NCBI RefSeq assembly: GCF_006345805.1
Contig: NC_043002.1
Location: 84,816,001-84,880,000 of the forward strand
Reading direction: 5' to 3'
DNA length: 64,000 nt
DNA from: Octopus sinensis
Lineage: Eukaryota
A model generated the notes under the pieces. That model did not search any database and was not told where the DNA came from. It saw only the letters and a program-made list of their open reading frames with translations. Positions 1-13,509 of this stretch are shown in pieces. Positions within the stretch are counted from its first letter, which is position 1. Every line of letters begins with the position of its first letter. A program made the translations under genes and the position numbers.

Positions 1-4
1 TCTC

Positions 5-76
<72 letters not shown>

Positions 77-78
77 TT
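1..78. repeat. (ATA)n/(GAT)n compound microsatellite
   Basis: Directly visible trinucleotide runs. Confidence 0.95.
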
Positions 79-107
79 GCTGATGATGATGAAAATGATA
101 ATTTTTT

Positions 108-322
108 TATTTAGGCACAAGGCCAGCGAATTTTAGGGAAAATGATGGTTAGCTGGTACCAGAGATCGCATTTTTTGACAGGGACCATGCTTTAGCGATC
201 CCAGAAGGATGAAAGAGAAAAGGATCTCGGCAGGATTTAAATTCGGAACGTAAAGTGTCGGAACATTTATCGCAATGAAATCTGGTCAACTCTCCAAAGA
301 TTCTGCCAATCTACCGCCCTGA
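108..322 (-). mobile_element. tRNA-headed SINE family B, diverged copy
   Basis: Reverse complement matches the family seen at 1300-1518, 23059-23395, 28050-28485 and 30680-30927 (GGCGGCGAGCTGGCAGAA head, GCCTTTCATCCTTTCGGGGTCGATAAA core, GGCCTTGTGCC tail). Confidence 0.75.
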
Positions 323-378
<56 letters not shown>

Positions 379-400
379 ATAATAATAATAATAATAATAA

Positions 401-431
<31 letters not shown>

Positions 432-452
432 AAGAAAAGAAGAGAAGAAGAA

Positions 453-486
<34 letters not shown>

Positions 487-688
487 ATAGTAGAAGAAGG
501 AAAGAGGAAGATAGAAGAGGAGGAGGAGGAGAGGTAGGAAGAAGGAAGAAAAGAGAGGAGAAGAGGAGGAGGAGGAGGAGAGAAGAAAGAGAAGAAGAAG
601 AAGAAGAAAGAAGTAAGAGGAGTAGGAGATAGAGGAAGGAGAAGAAGAAGAAGAAGAAGAAGAAGAAGAAAGAAGAAAAGAAGAATGA
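321..688. repeat. (CTA)n/(ATA)n/(AGA)n/(GGA)n compound low-complexity array
   Basis: Visible trinucleotide runs; explains the spurious 174-aa ORF at 267-791. Confidence 0.95.
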
Positions 689-689
689 T

Positions 690-826
690 AATCTTTTCTA
701 TTCTAGGCACAAAGCCCGAAATTTTTGGGGGCGGGGGCCAGTCTATTAGATCGACCCTAGTACGCAACTGGTACTTAATTATCGACTCCAAAAGGATGAA
801 AGCAAAGTCGACCTCGGCGGAATTTT
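690..826 (-). mobile_element. SINE family B, 3' half
   Basis: AAGGATGAAAGCAAAGTCGACCTCGGCGGAATTT and AGGCACAAAGCCCGAAATT motifs. Confidence 0.85.
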
Positions 827-1299
827 AATGATAAAAGTAATAATAATAATGATTATAATAATAATAATAATAATAAGCTTTCGTGTTCATAATCAATGAA
901 ATAGACGAAGATACTAGAGGAATCTACAGTTAACTGTATCAACCTCCTTGGATGATAGTTGCCACGCCCACTCACGTGATGCTACGACTGACGGGTTCTA
1001 CCGCTTCCTTTTAACCTCTGGTTAAGCTAGCTACTGTAACCAACAACTGAGCGTCTACTTTGTCCCTCGACCTGCTAGATATAGCAGCCACATTGTTCTC
1101 AGATCACACACTATTATTTTAAATAAAGAAGGGTGCCTTATATAATGTAGTCTCTGGTACAGAATAAGACGGTTACAGCTTTTGAATATATTTGGGCTAT
1201 TACGGCGATTACGAGCTAACGAGTAAACCACAGCTACGTGCTTGATCGGATGCTAAAAACAGCAGCTATATTTTTTCCTAAGTCACACTCTTACTGTCT

Positions 1300-1518
1300 T
1301 AATCCTTTCTACTGAAGGCGCAAGTCTTGAAATTTTCGGGAAGGGGATTAGTCAAATACATTGGCCCCAGTGCGCAAATGGTCCTTTATTAATCAGCCCC
1401 GAAAGGATGAAAGACAAAGTCGGCCTCGGTAGAATTTGAACTCAGAGCATTGCAGCAGACGAAATACCGCTAAGCATTTCACTCGGAGTCCTAACGATTC
1501 TGCCAGCTCGCCGCCTTA
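1300..1518 (-). mobile_element. SINE family B, near full length
   Basis: Ends CTGCCAGCTCGCCGCC (5' head); contains GAAAGGATGAAAGACAAAGTCGGCCTCGG and AATTTGAACTCAGA (B-box region). Confidence 0.9.
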
Positions 1519-1646
1519 ATCTTACTAAGAGCGCACCGGATAATCTAGTTCTTGGTAGATATTATTACACCCCCCCCCCCAAAAAAAAAAATTGAGATGG
1601 TCTCAGATGGGACATCTTTTAGAACAAGTCTACACTACTGCTGCTG

Positions 1647-1682
<36 letters not shown>

Positions 1683-2146
1683 AGAAACCAGCATTCGTAA
1701 AGGCAAATTCATTTCCTTGCCAAACGTTTAAATTTATATGGAATTCCTAGCTCTTAGATCACTTCACGCAATGGTTCTCGTATTTGTATGTTACTTTCAC
1801 GTCTTGTAGATGTAGAAACAATTTGTTGCGGGTTTTATGGCACCAGGAGATAACAAGAAAGGGGAAAATATGTGTATATGTCAAATACTATGATTTTGCT
1901 TTTGCTTTGTTTTTTGAATTGTTTCAAACGTGAAACTTATTTCGTTTCACCCATCAAAGTTTTTACTTCCAATCCACATTTTTTAAAAAACTCTATTCAC
2001 TGTGCTTACCCGCAATATCAACATGTTTTCTTCGTTGTGGTTGAGGGGCCGGGAGGAGGAAGGAGTGTTATAGCATACTTTGAGAATCATTGGTTTAAAA
2101 TTTTCTTTTAAATTCTGGCCGTGCTGGAGTAATATATACATAATTT

Positions 2147-3360
<1,214 letters not shown>

Positions 3361-4249
3361 TACATATTCATTGGCATAGATTTACATAAATACACACACT
3401 CACAAGTGTAAATACATCTATGTATGCAGTACTATGTGTATATAACGGAGCTATGAATTACAATGAAATAAATGTAAAATTAAAATTGAGCTATTTGTGT
3501 TGTCTTTTTTTCTCTGTTTTCATTCTTATTCAGTTTTCAGCCATTTATAAATGTTTTGGGAAAAACCTAACTTCCAGTATTACTCCTGGATTTAGGATTG
3601 TTTTATCGATGGTCTATTTCTGTATAAGTCTAAAACTACAGTAGATAAGATTGGACATTCATCGCGCTCATGACAGATATTGAGCCAGAAACTTGTACCC
3701 ACTGTCCACTTGTCAGGAGACAAGAAGCCTGTCCTTTTCTTTAATGGTGTCTCTGCTTTGGAGAAATTATGATTCTTGATATTATCTCCCCTTGTGAAGT
3801 GGTTCTGGTTTTAAGTGCTATTTGGTAATAATGATACGTCCTCACGAAGTGGAGAAAATTTGAGTTGGATCTCTTGACTAAATTTTGTTTAAATTATCAA
3901 GTGGTGCCTGTGGATATGTTGATTCTCACTCTCTCTCTCTTCCTCTCTCTCCCCCTCTCTCTCACTCTCTCCCTTCCCCCCTCTCATCTGATATTAGTAA
4001 TAAAGACTTCCAAACTCTCGCACATCTACTCCTTCAAAAAGATCTATTTTCTCTACAAGTGGCCAAACTCTATCTTTTTTGCATCGGGGATATATATATA
4101 TCTCACCTCACCACCCTCTGAAATCATTGTCTAAAGTCATTTAACATTCATAACTTTTCTTGGTTCCAGTACAGAAATCGTATCTTTCACAATCTTCATC
4201 TTACATCTAACTAGTTTCATCTCTGACCAAGATGTCGATACTCTAAACA

Positions 4250-4400
4250 ACATCGATCAATTTCTAACAAGTTATTACTGTCTCCGCATCTACCAGATCA
4301 TCCGACCACTGCCATATTGCAAATGCTCACCACAAATCTATATACGGAGCAAGTTTTCCTTGAACTCTTATACTTAGCTGACTGATTGGAGTTCTGCTTG
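4250..4400 (-). mobile_element. Possible degraded CR1-like LINE 3' fragment
   Basis: Minus-strand remnants read RFVVSI..(W)..SDDLVDAETVI..KLID, resembling the CR1 C-terminal RVVxxWNxLPxxVVxAxTVxxFKxxLD motif; frameshifted. Confidence 0.35.
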
Positions 4401-5798
4401 CTGGATGCTAAATACATCTAGAAATATATGAATTTTATCCATAACAAATTAGATATAGTTGTTGGGTAACTGATACAATTCTCATAGGAATATCTATGTA
4501 TATTTCTCATGTGAACATCACAACTACACACTCTAAATGTGCTAACTATGCAACATGACTTCAGCCTAAATGTAGGGAGGAAATCGTCTACACCTCTAAG
4601 CGGAACAGTTTTTATCCAGTAATTTATGCAAAGCCAGCAACAGAACCAAGAAGGCCACGTCCAACCATCTCACAGCCCTCAAACTCTGCTAGCCTCCAAA
4701 ACTGCAGCTGATGGTTTTGGTCCATTATCCACTGTTATCTTTATCCACCTGCAGAAAAAGCCTCCCAATCGTTACCCTTTTTGCACCAATGCCCACATAA
4801 CGCATACAAGATGCAGATTTGGCTAAACATTACAATCTCCTTTGTCAGTACTTCATATCATACTTATTGTGTATAGTTAGGTTAAAAGTTCCAGCCTCAT
4901 TTGGGGACTACTATACTATAGATGATGTAATATGTATGGTTAAACTAAAAGTTCCAACCCTCAAAGATCACTACTACATATTCAATTATTGCGTATGATG
5001 TGTTTATTGGTTTATTCCATTTATTCGTATGAAACTAAATTCCTGCAGGCAAAAGTAACAGAGTTACTAAAAAGTAGATAAATTTTGATTCAGAATACAA
5101 CTAACTCTCTCCTTCTCTCCCTATGTCCCTCTCTCTCTCCCTGTCTCTGTCAGTCTGTCTATTTTTCTGTCTGTCTGTCTCTGTGTCTCTCTCCCTCTCT
5201 GTTTCTCTCTCGCTCCCAGAACACAAAATAATCTAAAGCAAAAGACTACATCAATCCCTAAAAATTATTTACCAGCGCCAAATTATCCACTATAATAGTC
5301 AAAATATGTAACCACTCAAATTGCAGAACCTGCACCAATCATACAGAAGAAATTTCTTCTAAATGTAAATAAGGAAATACTTTTACTGTAAACTTCACTT
5401 TATTTGTTCCTCAAATTAAATTGACCCTATGAAATATAATGTTTGTAACGAAGACTACATGGGACAAATGAAATTGCTTTTGAACACCAGAATTTAACAT
5501 ATATGAGATCATAATGCTAAACAGATTCCTCTATGTGAACATTTAGTATTTTATGTGCAACGTACAAATCATTAAAATGCATAGCCTTCCCACTTTATCC
5601 TTGTTCTGACAGTACTACAGATGAAATACGGATAAATAAAGAAAGGGGTTTACTAAAAACTATAAATCACTACGAATGACAAGTTATTAGAATACATCGA
5701 ACATATATGCAGTCGGTCTCTACCTAGAATTTGAACCCGGTGCTCTACACTTCTGTTCGTCTGGGAAAAAATTTCTTCTGCCCGCACACACACACACA

Positions 5799-5974
5799 TA
5801 CGATGGGCTACTTTCAGTTTCCGTCTACCAAATCCACACACAAGTCTTTAGTCATCCCGAGGTTGTAGTAGAAGACTAAGGCGTCACACAGTGGGAATGA
5901 ACCGAGAGTCATGTGGTTGGGAGGCAACCTTCTTACCACACAACCACGCCTGAACCTAATGCCATGCCTGTGCC
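5799..5974 (-). mobile_element. tRNA-headed SINE family A, 5' part
   Basis: TTTCAGTTTCCGTCTACCAAATCCAC and CTTACCACACA motifs shared with the full copies at 47126 and 58292. Confidence 0.9.
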
Positions 5975-6025
5975 TATATATATATATATTATATATATAT
6001 ATATATATTATATATTATATATATA

Positions 6026-6095
<70 letters not shown>

Positions 6096-6136
6096 ATATA
6101 TATATATTATATATTATATATATATATATATATATT

Positions 6137-6565
6137 AATAAATTCAACAGCAAAATTAAGGAACGGCCATAATAGGCCGTTCAACCCACTAGAAATACCA
6201 GCCAAGGCTTCAACCGCAAAAAAATATTAATTTCGTAAACAAGGAGAAAATTTAAAAAACATTTACCCTGTTATACTTTATACAATGCATCATTTCATCT
6301 ATTTTTTAATGGTAAATCAGCCTGATTAAATTAAATCAAACTAATCCTCCATAGGCCAACAGATTCATCAGTAAAGTAAGCCAGACGGGAGAGATATTTT
6401 TACGAGGCAGCACCACTACTGTCTCGACTATATCTGACCTAAAATTTTCAAATCATCGTACTCGCGCCAATTTATTAATAGTCTCTGACTATTTCCTTTT
6501 TCCCACTAGACCGCTGGTGGCAAATAATTTCTGCTGAATTTTTTGCTACCCTATATTGATTAATT
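6137..6565. mobile_element. Penelope-like terminal (pLTR-type) repeat fragment, homologous to 31363-31770
   Basis: Shares AAGGAACGGCCAT..ATAGGCC, AAACATTTACC and CCCACTAG(A/G)CCGCTGGTGGCAAA...CCCTATATTGATTA with 31363-31770; flanked by (TA)n. PLE assignment is inferred from similarity to the end of the PLE repeat at 21301-21432. Confidence 0.6.
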
Positions 6566-6742
6566 ATATATATATATATATATAAATTGTTATCGCCATA
6601 TTAATATGGCATTCTTATAGATATAAGAATAATCGCTGCCATGGTCAGCTCCATGAGGCCACCGCCTTAAGATAGCTATTGATACACGATCTGTATCCAT
6701 TATAACCTTCGAACAAGGGAGGTCAGCCGCTTCACACTGCCA

Positions 6743-6802
6743 GTCCGACAGCTACAGACGCATTTCGGGGTATTGCCCCTTGTCAATGTAGCGCAGTCAG
6801 AC
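6743..6802 (-). ncRNA. Type I hammerhead ribozyme, U3-A8 core variant
   Basis: Minus RNA: GUCUGAC-UGC-GCUACA [UUGACAA] GGGG-CAAUA-CCCC [GAAA] UGCG U C UGUAGC-U-GUCGGAC; helix I GCUACA/UGUAGC plus extension, helix II GGGG/CCCC; predicted cleavage after 6757. Confidence 0.7.
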
Positions 6803-6882
6803 CCGCAGGTGTCGCCACTGACGTCTCTGTTCGAAGGCTTATATTTATATTTTATAGAGACTTAGTAATTTTAATATTTATA

Positions 6883-6959
<77 letters not shown>

Positions 6960-6965
<6 letters not shown>

Positions 6966-7090
6966 GTCACCCATAAGTTCTGTCCGATTTTACCTTTTTT
7001 AAAAATATAATGAAATTTAATAGTATTATAGAATGTTTAATGGAAATAAAATTACTCTTATACATTTGCGTATATTTAAACTAATTAAAT
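6960..7090 (+). mobile_element. Mariner 5' TIR fragment
   Basis: TA-TCAGGTCACCCATAAGTTCTGTCCGATTTT; the same TIR start (TATCAGGTCA) opens the mariner at 52284 and its complement (AAAATTCGGAC) closes it near 53100. Confidence 0.6.
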
Positions 7091-7121
7091 ATTATTTTAC
7101 AGAATAATAGAATTAAAATTA

Positions 7122-7495
7122 AAAGGAGAAAGCTGATTCGAAGATTACAAATCAATTCCATCACTGGAACTGTAGAAATCTGTAAAATCTTCCAGAAGTT
7201 TATCATTTTAAATATATATATGAACATGTCTAGATATGCAGGTATATACATGAGAAGACATACATAAAGCAAAACATACAAATCTGCATACATGCATGCA
7301 TGCATGCATGCATACATACATACATACATACATACATACATACATACATACATACATACATACATACATACATACATACAAAAATACCCTGTTGTCGATG
7401 TTGAAATTTCAATGAAGGAGCCTTGGATCTAGATTAGAAATTGACTCTGTTCTCTATTGGCAAGAAATCTTGAAATAAAACTGAATAATGACATA
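7122..7495 (+). mobile_element. 3' end of an RLE-type LINE (family F): C-terminal coding remnant, 3' UTR, (ATGC)/(ATAC)n array and ~110-bp terminal module
   Basis: KRRKLIRRLQINSITGTVEICKIFQKFII; homologous to the minus-strand copy at 44365-44935, which extends into the RLE motif region. Confidence 0.7.
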
Positions 7496-7550
7496 CATAC
7501 AATACATATGTATATGTGTGTGTGTATATATACACATACATATTCTAAAT

Positions 7551-7773
7551 TCTTTTACTTGCTTCACTCATTTGACTGCAGCCATGGTGGAGCACCGCCT
7601 TAAAGGGCTTTAGTCCAAGAAATCGACCCCAGGACTTTGTAAGCTTAGTACTTATTCTATCGGTCACTTTTGCCAAGCTGCAAGGTTATGGGGACATAAA
7701 CACACCAAGATCGGTTGTCAAGCTATGGCAGGGGTAGAAATACACACCCACACATAAATATATACATACATAT

Positions 7774-7832
<59 letters not shown>

Positions 7833-7985
7833 GGATGGGCTTCTTTCAGTTTCGGTCTACCAAATCCACTCACAAGGCTTTGAACGGCCTGAGGCCATAG
7901 TAGAAGACACTTGCTCAAGGTGTCACGTAGTGAGACTGAACCTGGACCCATGTGTTTGAAAAGCAATCTTATTACCACAAGCCAA
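7551..7985 (-). mobile_element. SINE family A, near full length with internal (CA)/(TA) microsatellite
   Basis: CATTTGACTGCAGCCATGGTGGAGCACCGCC tail and TTTCAGTTTCGGTCTACCAAATCCACTCACAAGGC core. Confidence 0.9.
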
Positions 7986-8704
7986 GCCAAGCCTAGCTTC
8001 TTACCACACACAAACAAACACACACACATATACAAAGTAAGAGAGAGAGAGAGAGAGGGGCGTGCGAGAGAAATACGTATATACATACACATATATTCAC
8101 ACCAGTGCGTTGTATATGATATTGCATTATTGTGGTATGTTTTGTTTGTAGTGTTGTGTCTCTGCGTATGAGATGGTTGTCTTTTGTGTATATGTATGTG
8201 CACATGAGTACGTGTACCCGTCTGTGTATCAGAGATGGTGTTTGAGCAGTCAATATACAGTCGCTTTAAATGTGTTTGATAAATGTATTGACCTGAACAA
8301 AAGGTTTTCGACGCTTGTTTGTCACAGTTCGTTATTCAGTAATGAAACTTTCCAGTTGGTAGTTACGGTTAAATGTCATCACTACGGGTGGGTGTTTGTC
8401 ATAAACTGAAGGTAGAACAGATTGATTTATTTATTCGAAGAAGGGTGGACAAGAAAGAATGAAGTATATTAGGTTTTCATTGTTGTCCTTACTTTGTTTT
8501 ATACAAGATGTTCTCAGTCTCACCCAGAGACTTCAAGAAACAGCAAGCTGGACGTTTCACTGTGGGTGTTATTTATGAGTAACTATGACATACTTTAGGG
8601 ACAGGAGACCAAACAACGTGAATTAAGATTTTGTTAAAATTTTGCTGTAAGATTTGCGTTTGTGAAGGATTTTAAGATTTAAAAATTCTTTGTTTTCAGT
8701 TAAA

Positions 8705-9100
8705 ATTCCGCTGAGGTTGACTTTAACTTTCATCCTTTCGGGGTCGATAAAATGAGTACCAGTTGAACACTGGAGTCGATGCAATCGCCTGATCTCCCCC
8801 ACCAAAATTGCTGGCCTTGTGCCATAATTTGAAATCGTCATCATTATGATCATTATCATCCTTATCATTATTAAGGCAGATTCATTGGCTCGCCGGATGA
8901 ATTTATTTTGTGGCATTTCGCCCGCCATTACGTTCTGAGTGCAAATCAACACCGGCCATCAAAATTCACTCACGAGGGATTTGTCGGTCCGGAGCTATGG
9001 TAGAAAACACTTGCTCAAGGCGCCGTGCAGTGGGACTGAACCCGAAACCACATGGTTGCAAAGCGAGAATCTTAACAACACATCTATGTCTGCGCCTGCA
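8705..9100. mobile_element. Cluster of SINE B fragments (+, 8705-8965) and a SINE A 5' fragment (-, 8985-9100)
   Basis: TTTCATCCTTTCGGGGTCGATAAAATGAGTACCAG; GCAGTGGGACTGAACCCGAAACCACATGGTTG. Confidence 0.8.
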
Positions 9101-9804
9101 TTAATATGGTACATTTCACTACATTTCTTCTACATGGTGTAGATTCAAGAGATTTTCTGTTACACGGTAAGGAACAAAAATATCAAGGATCTCTCTACAT
9201 ACACTATCGTTTCTTTTTTTTCGGCTGTCATCTTGTTTATATCCTTCACCTATATAAATCAGAGGATGATATACAGACACACATACACACACATGCGCGC
9301 GCACACATACACACACGCACACACACAGGCACTCGCGCACTCACATTCTCTCACACACACATGCACACACACATACACACACACACACACACACTTGCAC
9401 GCATACACAATAAGTGGACTCCCCGCTGGTTTTGACCGTGTGTATTCTAGTTGTTCAACCAACTGTCATTAAATTATAGTGCAAATGGCTGAGTATTCCA
9501 TTTGTATTAGAAACCTCAGCCACTTCCTATCTTTGATATAATACCCAAGCAAAATCAGTGCCACTTTGTGTGACAAAGTTGACCCATTGGATTTTAAGTG
9601 CAGTCAATCTGATAGGTTTCGACTCAGTCTCTGTCTGCCAAATTCTATTCATAAAGAGTCGGCAAACCCGTGGCCACACACTGGGTCACGTGGTTGCGGA
9701 GCGGAGACTTTAAGTGCACAGTCATGCCTGTGGCACGATGGTCGAAAAATTTCCAATTTTATAGTTCTCCATGACTTTTGTTGCCCCTTAATACTACCAG
9801 AAGA

Positions 9805-10140
9805 CACGTGACTTAGGGGTATCGGCTCACGATCGTAAGATCGTAAGTCCAGTTTCCGGCGGCGGCTGGTGTCCTTGAGCAAGATACTTCGTTTCACGTT
9901 GTTCAATCCCTCCAGCTGGCAAAATTGGGTAGTGTCTGTATTTCGAAAGGCAAGCTTTGTTACATCTTGTGTGACGCTGAATCTCCTTGAGAACTACGTT
10001 AAAGGTACGCGTGTCAGTAGAGTGTTCATCCACTTGCTCGTTAATTTCACGAGCAGGCTGTTCCGTTGATCGAAATTAACTGGAACCCGCGTCGTGGTGA
10101 TCGACAGAGTGCCGAGACAAGACAAGACAAGACAAGACAA
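9805..10140 (+). mobile_element. tRNA-headed CORE-like SINE family C with (AGACA)n tail
   Basis: GTGTCCTTGAGCAAGATACTT (CORE-like); body matches the minus-strand copy at 23777-24092. Confidence 0.85.
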
Positions 10141-10560
10141 TACCACTATCAGAACCAGCGACAGTTGAGAATGATGAATACGTGTGGGTAGTTATCTGCA
10201 TGACAAACGTGTGTAGATTGGCGATTTCGAAGGAATGCAATTTTAGGTACGAAGGACGGGTAAGCGAGAAGGTCGGGGAATGAGACGTAGTAAAAGGAAC
10301 AGGCTGAGAAAAGATGAATGGGACACAGATTGATGTAAGCTACTTCGGAGAAACAGAAACCGTTGTAATAGTAGTACAATGGGTAAACATAGGTACGACG
10401 TCTGCAATTTAGTTGTTGTTGTTATTGTTTACTCAAGGTCAATTCTGGTCTAGCAGAACGCTGCTCAATGACATTCAAAACATTACCATCCCGTCTTCTT
10501 TGTACGTTCAGGAAAATCAAAACGATATTTACCCAAAGTGTACTATTTTAAGGGGTGAAA

Positions 10561-10808
10561 GCGTGTGGCCTAGTGGTTAGGATGTTACGCTCACGATCGT
10601 AAGATCGTGGTTTCAATTCCAGGACCGTGTAGAGCGCTTTATTCTTGAGAAAAAAAATTCATTTCACGTTGCTGCAGTCTATTTTACTGCAAATGAATAA
10701 TATCTCTGCGACGAAAATGGCATCTCGTTCAGTGGGAATGTTGTGACCTCGGTCACTTATACGCCATAGAAACCGGGCAGTCAATTCTATGAGCTCCAGA
10801 ACTCAAGG
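10561..10808 (+). mobile_element. tRNA-headed SINE (family C/V-like variant), diverged
   Basis: A box TGGCCTAGTGG, B-box-like TTTCAATTCC, TTCTTGAG..ATTTCACGTTGC; similar to 56774-57025. Confidence 0.75.
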
Positions 10809-11989
10809 CAATAAGGGATACGATTTGAAGGAATTTTGGCTGCTATTGCCAGTAGATCGAGCGTCCATGAAGAAGTTTCCATGTTAGCCTTGTCTGTGAA
10901 TTAGTAAAATCAGTTGATGAACACTAGTCATTAACACATTGCTCTGAGTTGAAGGGACAAACCTAGCCAAGAGGACAGGGGAATTTAAGAGGTCGAGATG
11001 AAAAAAGAAAGTAGCCCTCGACAAAGCGTTAGTTCAGTTGATTACAAAGTTGGAATATTCGTTGCTGAAAGCCGACGGATTTTCGAAAAGAGAACAGATG
11101 TATCTGTATGCATGTATGCGCTCAAATACATTTCTGTGTGTGGATTTCAGTGCTATAGAATGCATATATGTGCATATACATGTTTCTATGTTTATACGTT
11201 TGTAAGGGTATACATTGCAGTCTCAACTGCTGAAATATTTTACATATGGATGTTTTAATTTATTTACCACTTAGTGTTTTAAGATACTAATGTATGATTT
11301 AGCCGAAGATTTGGCTGTTGTTTCTACAAGATACATCGACCTCATCGCTGCTACCCAATTGTATGTTTGTGCTATTATTTAGGATCAGGTCAGCTTTGAA
11401 CTAACAAACCCATGTTCAAAGCTTCTCACTCTCGACTAAATTGTATTTTTGTGCGGATGTGAATGCTTTTGCGAGTTCACACATACACTGTGTGTTTGTA
11501 TGTGTGTGAATGTGCTCGCGTGCGTTTGTTTTGCGCGTACGTGCATGCCCGAGTGCGATCACATTTATAATCTCTCTTCCAGTTCGGATTCTCCTTAATC
11601 AAGGTATTTATAAACATAAGTTTAGTTTAATGGATTGTATCAAGTGGAAATTAAACTGTTTTCCGGAATACTAGTACAACAATTCAACTCTTGTCGATTA
11701 TTTCAGGAAGCGTGCCCAACACATGCTCAGTTCATTGCTTCACACAATCTCATTAACCTTACACGATCAGACAGTCATCCTTCCTTGAAGCTGGTCAGTG
11801 ATATCCTATCCTCTTGAGAGTTTAACAATTGGCACAAGGATAAAGCTTAAGCACCAGATTAAGCTGGTGTTATACTTTAATGGAAACACAGGAGCAGTCT
11901 CTACACACTTGAAGAGGCAGGTGGGGAGCTCGTATTAATGACCTCAACCCATTCACCTACTTCCCATTTGTCACGATCAACTCTGTCAT

Positions 11990-12660
11990 TAGGATCGTCA
12001 TCATGATCGTGATTGTGATCTTGATCATCAACATCATCATCATCATCATCATAACCATCATCATTGCTATCATCATCACCATCCTTCTTCTCCTCCTCTT
12101 CCCCTTCTCTTCTTCTTCCTCCCCCTTCCCCTCCTCTTCTCCTTCCTCCTCCTCCTCTTCCCCATCTCTTCTTTATCCTCCTTTTCTCCTCTTCTTCCTC
12201 TTCCTCTTCCTTGTCCTCATCATCGTGGTGACCGTCGTCGTCGTCGTCATCATCATCATCATCACCATCATTCTCATCGAAGACTGTGATGAACATCGTG
12301 ATCATCATGATCGTGACCAGCAGCAGGATCATGATAATCATGATAATCATCATCGTTAGCATCATTTTTAACACTATGATCATTATTAGTTTGATCATAT
12401 CTTTATGATCCTCATCACCATCGTAATTTCTCAACGATACCATTGTCCTTCACTCATCCTCCTCCTCGTCCTCGCCACCATATTCATCATCATCATCGTC
12501 ATCGTCCTCGTCGTCATCATCATCGTCATCATCTTAATTGCTGCTCTCGTTGTCATTGCCATCGCTATCTTCGTCTTCCTTATCATTATCATTAACTCCA
12601 CCATCATTCTTCTGCCCCCCTCACGCTCTATCAACACCTTTATCATCTCCATTGTGGTCG
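11990..12660. repeat. Degenerate (ATC)/(CTT)/(GTC) trinucleotide array
   Basis: Visible low complexity; yields poly-I/S/D/E pseudo-ORFs on both strands. Confidence 0.9.
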
Positions 12661-13509
12661 CCCCGTACCCCATTTAATCCTTTGTTTTCCTGTCTCAAGT
12701 GTTCTTTCAGTAATAAATATCTCGTCTTCATATATTCGTAGTTGTTGCTTGACCATAGGTCAGTCTTGGTTTAATATACCTATGATCAAAGACATTTCAA
12801 CCGCGTTATTTCAGGAAGCATCTGGAAATGCATTGTTTAACGCCCTTTGATCTTCTAAAAGCGGTGGGCGGAATCGGGAGTAATTAGACATTTATTTATT
12901 TATTTTGCAAGTCTAGCAACCACGTGAAGGTTACCTTCTCAGCTGGTAGCAGTTGTTTTTATTGTTTTTTTTTGTTTTTATTGTTTTTGCTGTTAGTCTA
13001 GTTAACTGATCTCTCAAATAAGATGCACCATACAAACAGCGGTTCCGAGTGAAACTCGATTTGCTGGGAGAGTTTTGATAAGAAAGCAGGGTTGGGTTAT
13101 ATCTCCTTGTAGAGCAGTTGCAGTACTGATAATGACGCGAGTTTAGAGTTGAATTTGTTGTTAAGAAATATATGTTAGCGGTAGAAGCAGTATGAATACC
13201 TAGAGGTAATATTTATCCTCACTTAAACGTGGATGTTGTGTGTTAGAACAAACTGTAGTGTAGTTGTTACCATGAGAGAAACTCATATTGGATTTTTGGT
13301 GCAAAATGCACTTTTGTTTATATTGCAAGTGAAGAGATAAAGCCCGGCTACCTCTACCCCACAAGTGATTTAAGTGGGGATAAATATTTATTGTTAAACT
13401 CACGAGTCTATCCAGAAGACTGATCGATAGGTTCATGACGCTGCGACTTCCTCTGGCAGGCAAAAGATACACATTCATCATAAGTGCCACATAACTACAA
13501 TAAGAAATC

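Noticed and set aside
7395-7460. Hammerhead-like look of the 110-bp module (CAATGAAGG...GAAA, also at 44400-44470)
   Set aside because: The core lacks CUGA/UUGA and no helix I can be closed
11582-11795. Two candidate small exons (after CTCTTCCAG and TATTTCAG acceptors, with GTATTT and GTCAGT donors)
   Set aside because: The joined peptide (FGFSLIK/EACPTHAQFIASHNL...) is unrecognisable and other frames stop; splice-like signals alone are insufficient without RNA-seq
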